Part shown: positions 34,765-42,838 of the stretch, piece after piece
Layout of the letters: each line of letters starts with the position of its first letter
Position numbering within the stretch: the stretch's first letter is position 1
DNA from: Candidatus Pyrohabitans jungbluthii
GTDB lineage: Archaea; Hydrothermarchaeota; Hydrothermarchaeia; Hydrothermarchaeales; BMS3B
Direction: 5' to 3'
Length of the DNA stretch: 64,000 nucleotides
Assembly (NCBI GenBank): GCA_002010065.2
Contig: MTMD02000015.1
Span: 97,768-161,767, forward strand
The notes under the pieces: generated by a model
Seen by the model: only the letters and a program-made list of their open reading frames with translations
What the model was told of the DNA's origin: nothing
The model's database searches: none
Made by a program: the position numbers and the translations under genes

Positions 34765-35382
34765 CTACTTGAAGAGCACCTTCGCTACACTGCTTCGAAG
34801 CTCTGCGCTTATGCGCTCTAAGCGAGTTTCAAAGGTATTGTCCACCTCTGCCTTGCCGTCCTTGCTTCGAACCACCACTCCGCCTATGCTGGAGATGGTG
34901 TCCTTGGCTAGGGTAACCTTCACCTTCGCTTCTTTGGATATCTCCTGGAGGAACGACTTGGAGAGTATCTTTTTGTCCTCCTTTCTTCCGAGTATCTCCA
35001 CATCGCCACCTATTGTTTCTATAGCCTCCAAAATAAGCTTTTTGAGAATCTCGGGATAGCGCTCCTCCTTCGCCACGTCGGCGAGAGCCTTCTCAGCGCG
35101 GGAGAATGCCTCCTTAATAACCTCCTCCTTGGCGTCGAGGAGAGCCTTCCTTGCCCTGAGCTTTGCATTTGCAACTATCCTGGCGCGCTCCTGCTCAGCC
35201 TCACGCTTTCCGCGGGAGATTATCTCCGCCTTCTTGGCTTTCGCCTTCGCCTCAGCCTCGCTTCTTATCTCCGCTGCCTGCGCTTTAGCCTCGTTGAGTA
35301 TTCTTTCTACCTCAGCCTTGGCATCCTCCTCAATTTTGGCGATAATCTTCTCGACCTTCTCTTTCTGAACGGCGATCGCCAT
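34765..35382 (-). CDS. atpE: A-type ATP synthase subunit E
   Basis: About 205 aa with an Ala/Glu/Lys-rich N-terminal helix and a globular C-terminus. Start at the internal ATG, which is preceded by GAGAGGAGG (ORF opens at 35430). Confidence 0.8.
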   Translation of the reverse strand: MAIAVQKEKVEKIIAKIEEDAKAEVERILNEAKAQAAEIRSEAEAKAKAKKAEIISRGKREAEQERARIVANAKLRARKALLDAKEEVIKEAFSRAEKALADVAKEERYPEILKKLILEAIETIGGDVEILGRKEDKKILSKSFLQEISKEAKVKVTLAKDTISSIGGVVVRSKDGKAEVDNTFETRLERISAELRSSVAKVLFK

Positions 35383-35407
35383 AACACAAAACCTCCTCTC
35401 GGGTGAG

Positions 35408-35722
35408 CTACTCTCCAAGCACCTGGGCAACTATCAGCTCAACAGCCTTATTAACGCGTCTCTTTGCTTTTTTCTTCTCTTCCTCGGCCTTCTTCTCGCT
35501 TTCCGCGATAATCTTCTCAGCCTCTTTCTCACCCTCTTTTCTTGCAGCCTCTATCTCCTTCTTAACCTCTTCCCTGGCTTCTGCCTCAGCATCCTCTATA
35601 AGCTTCCTCGCCTTCTCCCTCTCCTCTTCCACAAGCTTCTTGGCATCCTCTTCCGCCTTTTTAATCATCTCCTCAGCCCTTTGCTCCGCCTTTTGTATCT
35701 CGGCTATGGCTTCGATAACCAT
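35408..35722 (-). CDS. atpH: A-type ATP synthase subunit H
   Basis: 104-aa highly charged helical protein at the head of the operon. GAGGTGA lies upstream. Confidence 0.65.
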   Translation of the reverse strand: MVIEAIAEIQKAEQRAEEMIKKAEEDAKKLVEEEREKARKLIEDAEAEAREEVKKEIEAARKEGEKEAEKIIAESEKKAEEEKKKAKRRVNKAVELIVAQVLGE

Positions 35723-35986
35723 CCTTTCACCTCTTTAAAGTCTTGGTCAGCTCCCCCCTCACACTGAAAAGAACCCTTCAGAAGGCTCTCCCGATATACG
35801 CCACCTACGCACATGCCATAACCTCTTTAAAAGAAATTTCCAACTCACAAGCCATTCCAGTGGTGGGCAGTTGTATTATTTAAATTTTTCGATGGTTCCG
35901 GTTTTTTGGTCTCCTTCCGGCACGCACCCAAACCAAAAGGTTTTTATACTGGGACTGGGGAAGAATCTTTTCAGGAGGTTGTGGGA

Positions 35987-36235
35987 ATGTATTATGTGAA
36001 TGGGTTAGAGTATCTTGGGAGAGATGTGGTAATTCGCGGAAGGACAATGAAAGGCGTCGAAGCGAAGCGCTTTGTGACGATTAAGAAGACTGACAGGATG
36101 CCCACCAAGGAGGAGGTTCTGCAGTGGGCGAGGGAGTGGAAGCCCAAAGATAACGCAAAGCTCAAAAAAGTGTGGGTAATGCAGATGGAAGGCAACAAGT
36201 GGCGCAAGGTCATGGATGTGATCAACTTAGAATAA
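35987..36235 (+). CDS. Small hypothetical protein (82 aa)
   Basis: Internal ATG preceded by CAGGAGG (ORF opens at 35906). No family recognised. Confidence 0.35.
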   Translation: MYYVNGLEYLGRDVVIRGRTMKGVEAKRFVTIKKTDRMPTKEEVLQWAREWKPKDNAKLKKVWVMQMEGNKWRKVMDVINLE

Positions 36236-36243
36236 TAAGGCGG

Positions 36244-36999
36244 CTATCTTCCAGCCAGCTCTTCTATTTTTTCTGAAAGCTGGACTATCTTTTTGAGGGC
36301 GGGGGATTCTGTTTTTATGTCTATTAGAGGAATATTTTTAATGTCCGCCTCCACCACAGCTTTGTCGTAGGGTATAGCTTCGAGCACCTCGATGTCCAGC
36401 TCCTGCTTAATAAAATCCTTCTGCTCCTCGCTTGCCACTTTGTTTGCAACTGCATAAACCTGCCTCACACCTATCTCCCGGGAGAGCTTAGCAAGGCGGT
36501 TCGCCATTGTTATTGCCTTCGCCCCAGGCTCAACCACCACAAGCATGAGGTCGAAATTCTCAGCGACGCTCCTGCCCAGATGCTCCACCCCCGCCTCGGT
36601 GTCCAGTATAAGCAACTCCCTGCGCTTTAGCACGAGATGGCGGAGGATCGCCTTGAGGAAGGTGTTCTCAGGGCAGAGGCACCCCTGTCCAGCTTCCTCC
36701 ACGGTGCCCATTACGAGCAGCCTTATACCGTCTCTGACGGCGGAGAAGCGCTCTGGGATGTCATCCACGCGAGGGTTGAGGTTGTACATCCCGGGTGCTA
36801 TAACTGCGCGCTCGTTTATCAGCTCTTTCAGCTGCGAAATCGGCGTGGGGTTCTCAACACCTATCGCTGAGTGAAGGTTCATACTGGGGTCGGCATCCAC
36901 CGCAATGACGCTGTAGCCGCGCTCCGCAAACAGCCTCGCCAAAGTTCCTGAAATAGTGGTCTTTCCCACGCCTCCCTTTCCAGAAATAACTATCTTCAT
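36244..36999 (-). CDS. cooC: CooC-type Ni-insertion ATPase (CO dehydrogenase maturation factor)
   Basis: Deviant Walker A GKGGVGKTT, MinD/ParA fold and a CooC-type CxC motif (GQGCLCPEN). Confidence 0.75.
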   Translation of the reverse strand: MKIVISGKGGVGKTTISGTLARLFAERGYSVIAVDADPSMNLHSAIGVENPTPISQLKELINERAVIAPGMYNLNPRVDDIPERFSAVRDGIRLLVMGTVEEAGQGCLCPENTFLKAILRHLVLKRRELLILDTEAGVEHLGRSVAENFDLMLVVVEPGAKAITMANRLAKLSREIGVRQVYAVANKVASEEQKDFIKQELDIEVLEAIPYDKAVVEADIKNIPLIDIKTESPALKKIVQLSEKIEELAGR

Positions 37000-37003
37000 C
37001 TCA

Positions 37004-37414
37004 CTACCTCAGCAGCTTCTCTGCCTCTTCCAGCTTTTTGCTAAGTTCAGTGTATGCCTCAAGGGAGAGCTTACCCGCGACGTAATCTTGGTAAATCTGA
37101 GAGCGCCTCTCCTCAAGGCTTGCGGGGGTGTCCCTCACCAGCGGATCCGTGCCTATCTCCGCCTCCAGCTCATCGGTTATACCATCGCCATCGCTATCTG
37201 AAATCAGAGGCTGCTCCGCCAGAGGTTCAGGGAAGGTTTCAAAAGGTTGAGCTTCAATCGCCTCTGCTCCGCTCTGGCTTTCGCTTCCGGGGGGCTTGTA
37301 GAGGATCGCATAGGCTAAGCTAGATATAATCATAATTCCCACGCCAAACAGCGCAGCCACCTGTGGATTAATCAGTGGCTTCTTTTTCTCCTTCCGGCGT
37401 CGCCTCTTTGCCAT
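37004..37414 (-). CDS. Membrane-anchored protein with a DxDxDG calcium-binding-like motif
   Basis: Basic N-terminus plus one TM helix, then DSDGDGITDELE. Ends 4 nt before cooC. Confidence 0.4.
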   Translation of the reverse strand: MAKRRRRKEKKKPLINPQVAALFGVGIMIISSLAYAILYKPPGSESQSGAEAIEAQPFETFPEPLAEQPLISDSDGDGITDELEAEIGTDPLVRDTPASLEERRSQIYQDYVAGKLSLEAYTELSKKLEEAEKLLR

Positions 37415-37477
37415 GCCTTAAAAAACTCGCCTAACAACAGCCTCAAAATTGAAATACCCCGAGGTAAAGATTACCCT

Positions 37478-38224
37478 ATGAAGGAGAAGAGGCTCGCGAA
37501 GGAGCTCTTCGACAAGCGTGCTGAGGGCTATGCAAAGGGGTGCTTTGCCAGCGAGGAGCACGTCGAAGCTATGCTACTGGCTGCTGAGCCAGAGGCTACG
37601 CAGCTTGCCCTGGACGTAGCCTGCGGTCACGGTTTTCTTACAGAGGCGCTTGCCACGAGGACAAAGCTCGCTGCCGGCATAGACCTCGCCAGTGAGATGC
37701 TGCCAAAGCAAGGCAAGGCCTGCTACCTGGTTGGCGACGCAGAATACCTGCCCTTCCGCGAGGAGAGCCTTGATCTCATTGTTTGCAGGTTTTCTTTTCA
37801 CCACTTTCCCTCGCCCGAGCATGCGCTAGCTGAGATACATCGCGTGCTCAAGCAAGGCGGCACGCTTGTACTCGCCGACGGGATAAGCTCAGAGCTGGAG
37901 GAAAAGTCGCACTACCTCAACCAGGTGGAGAAGCTTCGCGACCCATCGCATGTGAAGCTTTACAAGAAGTCAGAACTGCTCCGCATGCTGGTTGAAGGCG
38001 GGTTTGTCATAGCAAAGGTATTTCACTGGGAGCTGCATCAGGAGCTGGAGGACTGGCTTTCCAGGGCGGCTGGAGATGAGAGCTTAAAAGCTCGCCTCAG
38101 GGAGATTATGAGAAGAGAGCTTGAGGAGAACCGCACAGGCCTAATCTTCTGGGAGGATGGAGGTAAAACCTATTTCGCCTACCAGACGGTTATTATAACT
38201 GCAACAAAGCAATTTTTGAAGTGA
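37478..38224 (+). CDS. Class I SAM-dependent methyltransferase (UbiE/Methyltransf_11-like)
   Basis: LDVACGHGFL motif I, LIVCRFSFHHF, GGTLVLAD. Confidence 0.75.
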   Translation: MKEKRLAKELFDKRAEGYAKGCFASEEHVEAMLLAAEPEATQLALDVACGHGFLTEALATRTKLAAGIDLASEMLPKQGKACYLVGDAEYLPFREESLDLIVCRFSFHHFPSPEHALAEIHRVLKQGGTLVLADGISSELEEKSHYLNQVEKLRDPSHVKLYKKSELLRMLVEGGFVIAKVFHWELHQELEDWLSRAAGDESLKARLREIMRRELEENRTGLIFWEDGGKTYFAYQTVIITATKQFLK

Positions 38225-38245
38225 AAATTGCGCATATTTTTAGCC

Positions 38246-38533
38246 ATGGTTTACGAGAGGAAGTTTGAGGTAATCGAGGAGCTTCGCTGTGTGCACTGCG
38301 GTAAGAAGTTCATCCAGGACGTTATCTGGAACCGGGACTTCAGAATAAGGGCGAGAAAGACGCCGCTGGCAAGCGAAGAGTTCTCGCAACTCTGCCCTGA
38401 GCACAGGTTTGAATTCTACGCGGGTGAGATAGCCTATGCTTACACCCGGAGAATAATCTACGACCGCGACGTGGAGAAGATGGGAGTTGGCTTAGAGCGA
38501 CTGTGGGATTTTATTCGGCGTACGAGGGGATAG
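38246..38533 (+). CDS. Hypothetical small protein
   Basis: ORF opens at 38228 (TTG); the ATG at 38246 is preferred. Contains CVHCGKKF...CPEH. No family recognised. Confidence 0.3.
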   Translation: MVYERKFEVIEELRCVHCGKKFIQDVIWNRDFRIRARKTPLASEEFSQLCPEHRFEFYAGEIAYAYTRRIIYDRDVEKMGVGLERLWDFIRRTRG

Positions 38534-38693
38534 AGCGCAATTGGGTATAAATCTGAAAAACCGGTTTGGACTTTTCTAATATCCAGATGCAGATGGGTTA
38601 GCGCACAAACATGTATTACTTTTGGAAATTACGGAAGACTATTTATATTACTAGTGTTCATACATAAATGTTAGGGAAAGGGAGGTGAAATAA

Positions 38694-39065
38694 ATGAGAG
38701 GGATGATTATTTTAGTAGTCCTATTGACAACATTAGCTGCTTCTGCTTCAGCTTTCACAGTAACTAAATGGAAGACCAAAGAACTCTCCGTGGCAGGAAA
38801 TGTAACCTTTACATCATCCATTAGTGCTACAGACGGAGAAACTATTACAATCAACATAACGAACACCACAGCCACTATCAGCAACGTGGTACTGAAAAAA
38901 GCCACGCCTAAGCCTAAAAATTCCGCTGCGTATATCAATAACACAGTTATTGCTGGAGATGGAAAAAGCGTGAGCCTAGAGGTCAACAATGCCGGAAAGA
39001 AGACACTCCACCTGTGGCTCTACCTTAACACGGGCGAGCATGTTGGTGTAAACGTCCATTTCTAA
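38694..39065 (+). CDS. Small secreted Thr/Asn-rich beta-type protein in an AT-rich islet
   Basis: Signal peptide LAASASA. GGGAGGTGA lies upstream. No family recognised. Confidence 0.4.
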   Translation: MRGMIILVVLLTTLAASASAFTVTKWKTKELSVAGNVTFTSSISATDGETITINITNTTATISNVVLKKATPKPKNSAAYINNTVIAGDGKSVSLEVNNAGKKTLHLWLYLNTGEHVGVNVHF

Positions 39066-39200
39066 AATTCTCTCTTTTTTTATTTTGTTCATAAAAGGTA
39101 CTGAAAGCCCCTAAGGAGCACGCCTGAGCCATCACAAAAGCCTGCTTTAAGCAACAAAATTATGGTGGTATTATCAATGTTAGGTTTTGGGCTGCAGTGT

Positions 39201-39431
39201 ATGAAGAAACTCAGATATATAATCTCAGACCCGGAAATCTGCCATGGGAAACCTGTTTTTAAGGGCACCAGAGTTCTTGTCTCAGACGTGCTGGACCTGC
39301 TCGCTGCTGGAAAGGATGTGGAGGAAATCCTACAGGAGTATCCTCAGCTCAATGAGAAGATGGTAAGGGAAGCCTTAGAGTATGCTGCAATGCTGGTGAA
39401 GAGGGAGCATGTCATTGAAGTTTCTGCTTGA
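39201..39431 (+). CDS. DUF433-family antitoxin-like protein
   Basis: ISDPEICHGKPVFKGTRVLVSDVLDLLAAGKDVEEILQEYPQL. Start at the internal ATG (ORF opens at 39162). Confidence 0.7.
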   Translation: MKKLRYIISDPEICHGKPVFKGTRVLVSDVLDLLAAGKDVEEILQEYPQLNEKMVREALEYAAMLVKREHVIEVSA

Positions 39432-39750
39432 TGAGAACATCCCCAGCTCTGTGTTTAAATTTCTGAAGATAAGGGGATACAAGGCGTTTTATGTTCCAAA
39501 GGGTGCTAAAGATAGAGATGTTGCAGAACTCGCAAAAAGGGAAAAAGCTGTGCTGGTTACGAGAGACTACGATTTTGCAAATATACTGCTCTACCCACCT
39601 CAGGAGTTCCACGGCATAATAATACTGAAGGTCCACCCTCCAGTGGCAGAGAAACTGATAAGCTCTATGAAAAGTGTGCTGAAAGCCACAGAAGATTTCA
39701 GAGGTAAAGTCTTTGTTGTGCTGGAGGACAGGATTAGAGTTTTAGAGTAG
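39409..39750 (+). CDS. DUF5615-family (PIN/Mut7-C-like) putative toxin
   Basis: MSLKFLLDENIPSSVFKFLK...VLVTRDYDF. Overlaps the DUF433 gene by 23 nt. Confidence 0.65.
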   Translation: MSLKFLLDENIPSSVFKFLKIRGYKAFYVPKGAKDRDVAELAKREKAVLVTRDYDFANILLYPPQEFHGIIILKVHPPVAEKLISSMKSVLKATEDFRGKVFVVLEDRIRVLE

Positions 39751-39775
39751 TTTCCGAATTTGAAATGTTAAGGCA

Positions 39776-39848
39776 AGCCCCGAGGGGGATTTGAACCCCC
39801 GACCTGCTGATTACAAGTCAGCCGCTCTTCCAGCTGAGCTACCGGGGC
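39776..39848 (-). tRNA. tRNA-Thr (anticodon UGU)
   Basis: Reverse complement GCCCCGGTAGCTCAGCTGGAAGAGCGGCTGACTTGTAATCAGCAGGTCGGGGGTTCAAATCCCCCTCGGGGCT. Anticodon stem GCTGA/TCAGC with loop CTTGTAA, T arm GGGGG-TTCAAAT-CCCCC. Confidence 0.9.
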
Positions 39849-39902
39849 ATCACCTGAATTTAAAAAGCAAACATTGCAAACTATTTCTGAATCTGTCAAT
39901 CT

Positions 39903-40337
39903 CTAATGTTCTGGAACCTCAACAGTAATCTCGGCGATCAGCTTTTGTTCCGGGCTTCGGAGCAGGGCAACAAAGTCGCGGGGAAGCTCTCGTGCAGAGT
40001 GGCTTGCGCCCACCATGAGCGTTCTTCCGCAGGTGAAGGTGCTCTTCCTCACCACTATATCTCTCGCGTCTGTGAAGCTCAGCTTTTCATGCCCACGCCC
40101 GTGTATCGTCACCTCTCTATCACCTGCCTTTAGCACAAGGGTTATCACCGCATTGCTGTTCCTCGCCAGGCGCTTGAATCGCTCTGGAAAGTCCGCTAAG
40201 GCTTTGTCCGCAGCGACGCCTACAATGCAGTCGCCTCTCGGCGAAAGCTCCTCATCCTTTGTAATCTCAAGGGTGGTGCGGTGCTCTGCAAGGATGTTCT
40301 CATGACCTCTGGCTAAGACTATAACTTTTTCAATCAT
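39903..40337 (-). CDS. DUF371-family protein
   Basis: ARGHENILAEHRTTLEITKDEELSPRGDCIVGV pattern. Start at an internal ATG (ORF opens at 40358). Confidence 0.6.
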   Translation of the reverse strand: MIEKVIVLARGHENILAEHRTTLEITKDEELSPRGDCIVGVAADKALADFPERFKRLARNSNAVITLVLKAGDREVTIHGRGHEKLSFTDARDIVVRKSTFTCGRTLMVGASHSARELPRDFVALLRSPEQKLIAEITVEVPEH

Positions 40338-40380
40338 TAGCCTACAAATTAAATACACAAAATAAAAATCTGGTGGTGCG

Positions 40381-40938
40381 ATGTACTACTGCGAGGGTTG
40401 CGGCAGAGAGACGGAGCATGAGATAGTAAAGCAGCGGGGCAGTGAGTTTCTACTCAGGTGCAGCGAATGCGGACATGTTCACCTCATCACAGACAAGCCT
40501 CGCTTAAAGGAGGTAAGCGTGATAATAAGCAGATACGAAACCAGCGAGCGCAAGATGATAACGTTTCCCGCAGAAGAGGAGGTTGGTATAGGCGATGAGG
40601 TGGTGGTGGAGGGAGAGCCTGCACGGATTACTGCGATAGACACAGAGAGCGGGAGGAGGGTTAAGAAGGCGAAGCTCGAGGATATAAAAACCCTGTGGTG
40701 CATCTCCCTAGCTATACCTGTGAGAGTGAAGTACTCGCTCCACTTTCGCGGTATCACCACCTCTGGCGAAATACACACAAGCAGGGAGCGGGTTTTCAGC
40801 GTGGGTGAGGTTGTGGTTACGCCCAGGGAAACCTTCGTAATCGAGAAAATTAAAACAAAAGATAGGATGCTTAAGCGGGGCTCGGCGTATGCGGAGGAGA
40901 TAGTGAGAATCTATGGCAAGAAAAAGCTACGAAGATAA
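40381..40938 (+). CDS. Archaeal zinc-finger protein (HVO_0476-like)
   Basis: N-terminal ribbon MYYCEGCGRETEHEIV...RCSECGHVH. Overlaps the pcm start by 26 nt. Confidence 0.45.
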   Translation: MYYCEGCGRETEHEIVKQRGSEFLLRCSECGHVHLITDKPRLKEVSVIISRYETSERKMITFPAEEEVGIGDEVVVEGEPARITAIDTESGRRVKKAKLEDIKTLWCISLAIPVRVKYSLHFRGITTSGEIHTSRERVFSVGEVVVTPRETFVIEKIKTKDRMLKRGSAYAEEIVRIYGKKKLRR

Positions 40939-41569
40939 GCGCCGCGAGATGGTGGAGAGGCTTGTGAGCTATGGCTACCTCAGGAGTGAGAGGGTAATTC
41001 TAGCTATGCTGCGCGTGCCAAGGCACGAGTTTGTGCCAGAAGATAAGAAGGAGTACGCCTACTCCGACGAACCCCTGCCGATAGGTGAGGGGCAGACCAT
41101 AAGCGCCCCTCACATGATAGCGATAATGTGCGAAGCTCTTGAGATTGAGCGTGATCACAAGGTACTGGAGATTGGCACCGGCTCCGGCTACCATGCCTGT
41201 GTTGTAAGCTTAATCGCAGACAAAGGGGAAGTCTACTCCGTGGAGAGACATGCGAAGCTTGCAGAGGAGGCAAAGAGGAACATCGCCCGCGCCGGGTGCT
41301 GCGGCAGGATTACCATAGTAGTGGGCGACGGCACCAAGGGTTACGAGGAAAAGGCACCCTACGACAGAATCTACGTTACCGCGGGTGCGCCACGCGTCCC
41401 GCCGCCTCTGCTAATGCAGCTCAAGATAGGGGGTAAGCTTTTAATTCCCATCGGCTCCAAGCTTGGTCAGGAGCTAATGAGGATAACACGGGTAGGCGAA
41501 GATGAATACAGGGAAGAAAACCTGGGTGGCTGCGTTTTTGTGCCCCTGGTGGGGGAATACGGGTGGTAA
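40913..41569 (+). CDS. pcm: Protein-L-isoaspartate O-methyltransferase
   Basis: TISAPHMIA, VLEIGTGSGYHA and the family C-terminal VPLV. Confidence 0.9.
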   Translation: MARKSYEDKRREMVERLVSYGYLRSERVILAMLRVPRHEFVPEDKKEYAYSDEPLPIGEGQTISAPHMIAIMCEALEIERDHKVLEIGTGSGYHACVVSLIADKGEVYSVERHAKLAEEAKRNIARAGCCGRITIVVGDGTKGYEEKAPYDRIYVTAGAPRVPPPLLMQLKIGGKLLIPIGSKLGQELMRITRVGEDEYREENLGGCVFVPLVGEYGW

Positions 41570-41998
41570 TCACTCCTTCTCGCAGCACTCTCCTCTAGGG
41601 ATGGGCTTGCCGTGGGGACACTGCCTGGGATGCCCCAGCTTTATGCACACCGCCTCGGCGATAGCTTCGCTAATGTGGTGCTCCAGAGCGCACGCATGCT
41701 CATGAACATCGCTGTTTAATTCCATATCCAGTAGCTCAGTTAGCAGAAGCTCAGCCAGGCGATGGCTCCGTATAACCTGCCTTGCTAGCGCCTCACCCTT
41801 CTCCGTAAGCTGGATTCCCACCCGTGGCTCATACTCAACGAGGCCAAGCTTTTCCATCTTCTTGAGCATTTCCACAGCGCTCGGCGGTGCAATTTTGAGG
41901 CTCTCTGCGATTTCATTGATCTTCGCGTACTCCTTGCCCTCTTCCTTGAGGAAGATCCACAGCGTCTCCAGATACTCCTCCATGCTTTCTGAAATCAT
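41570..41998 (-). CDS. DtxR/MntR-family metal-dependent repressor (no SH3/FeoA domain), Cys-rich C-terminus
   Basis: Winged HTH N-terminus, RSHRLAELLL, metal-site HEHACALEHH, then CIKLGHPRQCPHGKPIPRGECC. Confidence 0.8.
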   Translation of the reverse strand: MISESMEEYLETLWIFLKEEGKEYAKINEIAESLKIAPPSAVEMLKKMEKLGLVEYEPRVGIQLTEKGEALARQVIRSHRLAELLLTELLDMELNSDVHEHACALEHHISEAIAEAVCIKLGHPRQCPHGKPIPRGECCEKE

Positions 41999-42669
41999 GT
42001 CCCCAACCTCTTAACATATATCTGCCTGGCAATCTCCTCGTCTATTGCGAGGTCGGTTTCGCCTACCCTTATGACGAAAGCAGGGCGCTTCTGGTGAAGC
42101 CTCAGCGTGCTGCCTGGAATTATCCCCATGCTTCCAAGGCGGTCAAGCGTAGCATGACTCTTTGGAGTTATAAAGACTATCTTCGCCTGACTTCCAACCT
42201 CCAGCTCGGTGAGGGGAAGCACCAAGGGTGAAAGCTCCCTCCTGAACTTTGCACAGCACTCACCTCGTGGGATGGGCTTGCCATGGGGGCAGGTAGGAGG
42301 ATGCCCCAAAAATGTGCACACGCTCTCTGTAACCTCTGGGCTAAGTAGGTGCTCAAACTCGCACGCATGGCTTTCTGCCAGGCTCTCGCTAACCTCCAGC
42401 ACATCGCTGAGGAGGCGCTCCGCCAGGCGATGCCTCCTTACTATTTCTCGCGCAATAGCTTCGCCCTCGCCTGTGAGCTCTATCTCCTCGCCTCGGAGGG
42501 TGATCAGACCATGCTTTACCATGTAATCCACAACTTGCCTTGCGTCATCTTCCTTTGTAAATTCAAGCAGGTCAGAGAGGGAGCTTTTACCCCCCTCTTT
42601 AAGCGTCCATATCTCCTCGAGAAGCTCTTCCACGCGCTTCCCGTGACGGTGGCGATGCTCAGCTCTCAT
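41995..42669 (-). CDS. DtxR-family repressor fused to a C-terminal FeoA/SH3-like domain
   Basis: RRHRLAERLL, ESHACEFEHL, CTFLGHPPTCPHGKPIPRGECC, then a FeoA-like LTELEVGSQAKIVFI...GIIPGSTLRL. Confidence 0.8.
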   Translation of the reverse strand: MRAEHRHRHGKRVEELLEEIWTLKEGGKSSLSDLLEFTKEDDARQVVDYMVKHGLITLRGEEIELTGEGEAIAREIVRRHRLAERLLSDVLEVSESLAESHACEFEHLLSPEVTESVCTFLGHPPTCPHGKPIPRGECCAKFRRELSPLVLPLTELEVGSQAKIVFITPKSHATLDRLGSMGIIPGSTLRLHQKRPAFVIRVGETDLAIDEEIARQIYVKRLGT

Positions 42670-42838
42670 CTCTTCTCCTCCATATCCGCTTTATCAGCTT
42701 TAATATTTTTGATTCTCCGGCAAGGGTGTAACCGCACCTGGGACAGCACTTTAGCGAGCAGCTCTTAGTGTGGAGCGGGCACGCTCTGCAGGCTTCGCGA
42801 GCCTCATCGAATTCGTAGCCGCAGAGAGGGCACTTCAT
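42659..42838 (-). CDS. 59-aa zinc-ribbon protein translationally coupled to feoB
   Basis: Only the last 59 codons of listed ORF 42659..43249: MKCPLCGYEFDEAREACRACPLHTKSCSLKCCPRCGYTLAGESK.... The ATG overlaps the feoB stop (ATGA) and the 3' end overlaps the DtxR-FeoA start by 11 nt. Confidence 0.5.
   Translation of the reverse strand: MKCPLCGYEFDEAREACRACPLHTKSCSLKCCPRCGYTLAGESKILKLIKRIWRRRDES

Noticed and set aside
35129-35738. Ser/Ala/Phe/Leu-rich plus-strand ORFs (35129..35368, 35403..35738)
   Set aside because: They are mirror images of the Ala/Glu/Lys-rich coiled-coil coding sequence of atpE and atpH. The low-complexity repeats come from the sense genes.
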